The notes under the pieces are model-generated. The model was not told the origin of the DNA. It worked only from the letters and a program-made list of their open reading frames with translations, and did not search any database. DNA of 16,057 nucleotides from an uncultured bacterium (GTDB taxonomy: Bacteria > CAIJMQ01), in assembly GCA_964573245.1 (NCBI GenBank), contig CAZNJA010000031.1, forward strand, positions 1 to 16,057, written 5' to 3'. Both the position numbers and the translations under genes were made by a program. Of the stretch, positions 12,953 through 16,057 are shown piece by piece (position 1 is the stretch's first letter; each line of letters starts with the position of its first letter).

Positions 12953-15877
12953 TTATGCCTGATGAAAACTTTCAGGCGGACCTAAATAACTTGGCTTGTA
13001 GTAGCCTGTTTCTATTACTATTTTCTGCAGCACAACGCCCGAATCCACGAACCAGAATTTTAAGGTATGTTGTCCGGGGTTTGCTATTTTATGTTCGGAA
13101 ACTTTTATTATGATGTTCTCGCTTACCCATTTTTCCCATGCCTGCAGTGTCGTATCTTCATGAATGTTAATAATTTGAGGTTGTTCGTCATCAAAAGAAA
13201 TCGCGTATCTTAAACTTGTATTGTGGAAGTTTAATGTAGGAGAAAGATAAACGTTAACTTTGACCTTATCGCTGTTAAACAGATGGACTTTGTATTCAAG
13301 ACGCGGGCTATTGTCTTTTGGGAGTTCGCTCTTTGCTGTTACCGGAAAAGTCGTTATCGCTGATGATGTTCTGCCTAAATCGGGTATGATTTTCCATTTT
13401 ACTAATTCGCTGCCTATTGCTTTTGTGTAGTTTTCGGCTTCAATAGAAACGTATCCGTTACTTTCGACAAAACCTTTAACCTGCTCGCGTTTAGGAGATG
13501 TAGGATTATTGATAACGGCATAAATTACAGCTTTGTTTTTATTTGGACCCGTTATGGTTATCGGAGTTTTTTGTTTACCGGTCGGCGCTTTCTGCCAATC
13601 GACACTTACGAAGACACGTTGTTCTTTATCAACACTCCCTTCTTTTGGATTTATCTTCAACCAAGGCGTTTCTGATGTTACTTTATAATCAAAAGCATTT
13701 TGTCCGCGGTTAAAAATTTCAATATAAAATGTCTGCTGTTGGTATATATCGAATTCGGGCAGAATAGCTTCGCTCTTTTCCCTTGTCCCGACAGAATCGT
13801 CGGGAACGAGCCACCATTTGTCCGAATCTTCAACCATGATACCCATATCCGCTCCGTCCGAAATTTTAATCTCTTCGACTTCAGGCATAACACTCTTCGG
13901 GGGTTGCTGCCAATATGTGTATCCAATATGAATTTGGTCCATCATGTGGTTCCATTTTTCGCCAGATACAACTTTATTGTAATAGTTTGAAAGCTCACTG
14001 TCTTTGGCAAAAAGTTTTTTGGCTTTTTCCGCCAATTCATTCGTTAAAATCCTCCCCTGTTTTGCATACATTCGGTTCTTCGCAACGGTAAAGTAAAGTT
14101 CGTTTAAATTTGCGCACGCTTTTACGGGATAAAGCACAAGCTGATAATATGCGTCTTTGTATTCGGTAGGAATTGATTCATAAATCTTTTCTGCCTTTTC
14201 TGAAAGTCTATTGTAATCGGATACAACTTTTTCAGCTTCACGGTAATGAATTAAACTGTAAGTATCGGGTGCCAATAATTCTGGTTTTCTCCGAGCGTTG
14301 TATTTGGTGTATTTTGAAATAATGTCTGCAATATCTTCAGCATATTTTTCGCCGAACTGTTCTTGTGCCCAAAGTTTTGTGTATTCCTGCAGACTTTCCA
14401 CGGGAATTTGGTCGGGGTCCCACGCGAAATCCAAAAAGAACTGAATCGGAAATTCGAGCGGTTTGATATCGCCGACATTCACAATCCAAAGGTCTTTGAC
14501 TCCATACTTATAAGCCAGATTCATCTGCTCCCAAGTTCTTGATATCGGGCTTGTGTTTAGCCACTTGTAGTTTCGTGGACCGCCGACATAATCAAAATGA
14601 TAATAGATACCGTAACCGCCTTTTCTGGGTTTGTCCGCCACTCCCGCCACTAAAGATAATGCGGGCAAGGCTACTTCGGCGGATAGGTCATCTAATTTAG
14701 GCAGTTTTCGTATATTGCCCCAGTTATCGTCGCACAAAAGTAACATAATATCTTCGGGAACACGCATACCTTTGTCGTAATACTCCTGCACTTCTTTATA
14801 TAAAGCCCACATCTGCGGCGTTTCTTCAGCTTTCTTACCCGTCACTTCTTCGAGTATTTTCCGTTGGCCATTAATTATTCTTTCCAATAAATCAATCGCA
14901 GTCCCCTCGGCCATAGGCTCGTCGCCATCTCCGCGCATTCCCACAGTTACAACACTCTCATTAGAATTCATCCTTTCTATACCTTCCCTCCAAAATTTCC
15001 TTAATGTTTCTTTATTCGTTTCGTAATTCCACGCGCCCGAGCCGTAACGCCGCCATTCGTCGTGGGCACGCATCATCGGTTCGTGATGAGAAGTGCCGAT
15101 TACGATTCCGTATTCATTCGCAAGCTTTGGACTCTCCGGGTCATCATCATAAAAAGCCCTGCCCCACATTGCTGGCCAGAGATAATTGCCTTTTAAACGC
15201 AGTATAAGTTCAAACACATGTTCGTATACGTTATGATTGAAACCGCCGAACTTTTCGATGGTCCAGCCGGAAAAAGCGGGCGCTTCATCATTGATAAAAA
15301 TGCCCCTGTATTTTATTTTTGGTTCTTCCTGTATGTATTTACCGGGCAATACGAAAATTTCAGAATGTTTTTTTACCGGCACATCAGCCCACCAATATAG
15401 CGGCGAAACGCCTATTTGCGCGGAAATATCAAACATTCCGAATATCGTACCGCGTCTATCGCTGCCGGCAATAACAAGCGCGCGTTCTACATTTGGAAAA
15501 GGTTTTTCAACCACCTGAATAAGAAACACTTCCCATTTCCCTTTAATACCCGAAACGTCAATCTTCTTTTCCTGCACCAACTTATCAATAAGCGGACTTT
15601 TACCGAGCGTTCCGATTAAAACGATCCCGCCACTAAAAATTGGCGAGGCAAGTTCTTTGGCGGTGGGAATTTTATCTATAGAAAGTGTCGGCTCTACATT
15701 TGTTACATTTCTAATATCGATTTGGAAAAGTTTTGCAATACGCAGCACACCCGCATAATCCTTTGAACTAACACACAACGGCGCGGATTTGCCCGAAGAA
15801 GAAAGGAGAAAAGCACCTCGCCCAGCAGAATTTGGCGGGCAGGCTTCTTGTTTTTTAAAAGAAATATATTGCATCAT
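12953..15877 (-). CDS. Glycoside hydrolase family 115 (alpha-glucuronidase-like), no signal peptide, with four palindromic in-frame insertion sites
   Basis: YRGIFINDE, WPAMW, SHHEPM, MRGDGD, ALYKEVQ, YYHFDYVGGPRNYKWLN, RRKPELL, HIGYTYWQQP and SYLGPPES. Confidence 0.94.
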   Translation of the reverse strand: MMQYISFKKQEACPPNSAGRGAFLLSSSGKSAPLCVSSKDYAGVLRIAKLFQIDIRNVTNVEPTLSIDKIPTAKELASPIFSGGIVLIGTLGKSPLIDKLVQEKKIDVSGIKGKWEVFLIQVVEKPFPNVERALVIAGSDRRGTIFGMFDISAQIGVSPLYWWADVPVKKHSEIFVLPGKYIQEEPKIKYRGIFINDEAPAFSGWTIEKFGGFNHNVYEHVFELILRLKGNYLWPAMWGRAFYDDDPESPKLANEYGIVIGTSHHEPMMRAHDEWRRYGSGAWNYETNKETLRKFWREGIERMNSNESVVTVGMRGDGDEPMAEGTAIDLLERIINGQRKILEEVTGKKAEETPQMWALYKEVQEYYDKGMRVPEDIMLLLCDDNWGNIRKLPKLDDLSAEVALPALSLVAGVADKPRKGGYGIYYHFDYVGGPRNYKWLNTSPISRTWEQMNLAYKYGVKDLWIVNVGDIKPLEFPIQFFLDFAWDPDQIPVESLQEYTKLWAQEQFGEKYAEDIADIISKYTKYNARRKPELLAPDTYSLIHYREAEKVVSDYNRLSEKAEKIYESIPTEYKDAYYQLVLYPVKACANLNELYFTVAKNRMYAKQGRILTNELAEKAKKLFAKDSELSNYYNKVVSGEKWNHMMDQIHIGYTYWQQPPKSVMPEVEEIKISDGADMGIMVEDSDKWWLVPDDSVGTREKSEAILPEFDIYQQQTFYIEIFNRGQNAFDYKVTSETPWLKINPKEGSVDKEQRVFVSVDWQKAPTGKQKTPITITGPNKNKAVIYAVINNPTSPKREQVKGFVESNGYVSIEAENYTKAIGSELVKWKIIPDLGRTSSAITTFPVTAKSELPKDNSPRLEYKVHLFNSDKVKVNVYLSPTLNFHNTSLRYAISFDDEQPQIINIHEDTTLQAWEKWVSENIIIKVSEHKIANPGQHTLKFWFVDSGVVLQKIVIETGYYKPSYLGPPESFHQA
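13786..13809. repeat. 24-bp palindromic in-frame insertion splitting a Pro codon
   Basis: Perfect stem tcccgac-N6-gtcggga. Removal converts WWLVPDDSVGTREKSEAILPE to WWPREKSEAILPE, colinear with VWPGASKQPVLPE in the paralogue. Confidence 0.85.
14633..14686. repeat. 54-bp nested in-frame insertion (27-bp element inside a 27-bp element)
   Basis: Encodes LSAEVALPALSLVAGVAD. Removal gives LPKLDDKPRKGG against LPKPGDPPRSGG in the paralogue. Outer arms are tccgcc/ggcgga; the inner element is 14643-14669. Confidence 0.88.
15626..15652. repeat. 27-bp palindromic in-frame insertion (LASPIFSGG)
   Basis: Coding strand CTTGCCTCGCCAATTTTTAGTGGCGGG. Removal restores gap-free alignment with the paralogue. 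Confidence 0.85.
15818..15844. repeat. 27-bp imperfect palindromic in-frame insertion (ACPPNSAGR)
   Basis: Coding strand GCCTGCCCGCCAAATTCTGCTGGGCGA. Removal gives YISFKKQEGAF against YVDTVYSEGSF in the paralogue. Confidence 0.8.
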
Positions 15878-15890
15878 TATTTTAAACTAT

Positions 15891-16057
15891 TTATTTCAAA
15901 CCCCATTTATAGTCTGTTTTTTCTATTAAATCATTTACTGGAATACCTCCGGGTATATTCAGATTCTCAAAATTGAATTTTGAATCTTCAACTTTGGTTT
16001 CGGGGTCAAAACTTAATACTTCTATTTCTACTCTGTATTTTGTAGGTAATTTTTCTT
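15891..16057 (-). CDS. 3' end of a hypothetical protein (starts outside the window)
   Basis: Open frame ...EKLPTKYRVEIEVLSFDPETKVEDSKFNFENLNIPGGIPVNDLIEKTDYKWGLK*; the stop is 13 bp before the GH115 start. Confidence 0.7.
   Translation of the reverse strand, partial: EKLPTKYRVEIEVLSFDPETKVEDSKFNFENLNIPGGIPVNDLIEKTDYKWGLK

Noticed and set aside
15-15619. The many plus-strand ORFs of 60-188 aa and the short alternate-frame minus-strand ORFs in the track
   Set aside because: They are antisense or alternate-frame shadows of well-supported genes, or they cross repeat DNA (644-826, 760-966, 6861-7151). None has recognisable motifs.

Overview
All recognisable genes are on the minus strand of this AT-rich bacterial DNA. 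From right to left: the 3' end of a hypothetical gene, a GH115 alpha-glucuronidase, a TRAP transporter (dctP-dctQ-dctM), a second GH115, then smc, ftsY, hisS and the 5' part of aspS. The unusual signal is a set of miniature GC-rich palindromic elements of 21-66 bp. The coding copies are all in frame: four sites in one GH115, one in aspS and probably one in smc. Related copies lie in intergenic DNA, nest inside one another and nest inside a GTAG-type REP. Removing the GH115 inserts restores gap-free local alignment to the paralogue in this window. One 27-bp element is read in two different frames, so the conserved unit is the DNA and not the peptide. Three GTAG REP doublets (REPINs) fill the hisS-aspS spacer. 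No transposase is present in the window. All alignments were done by eye.
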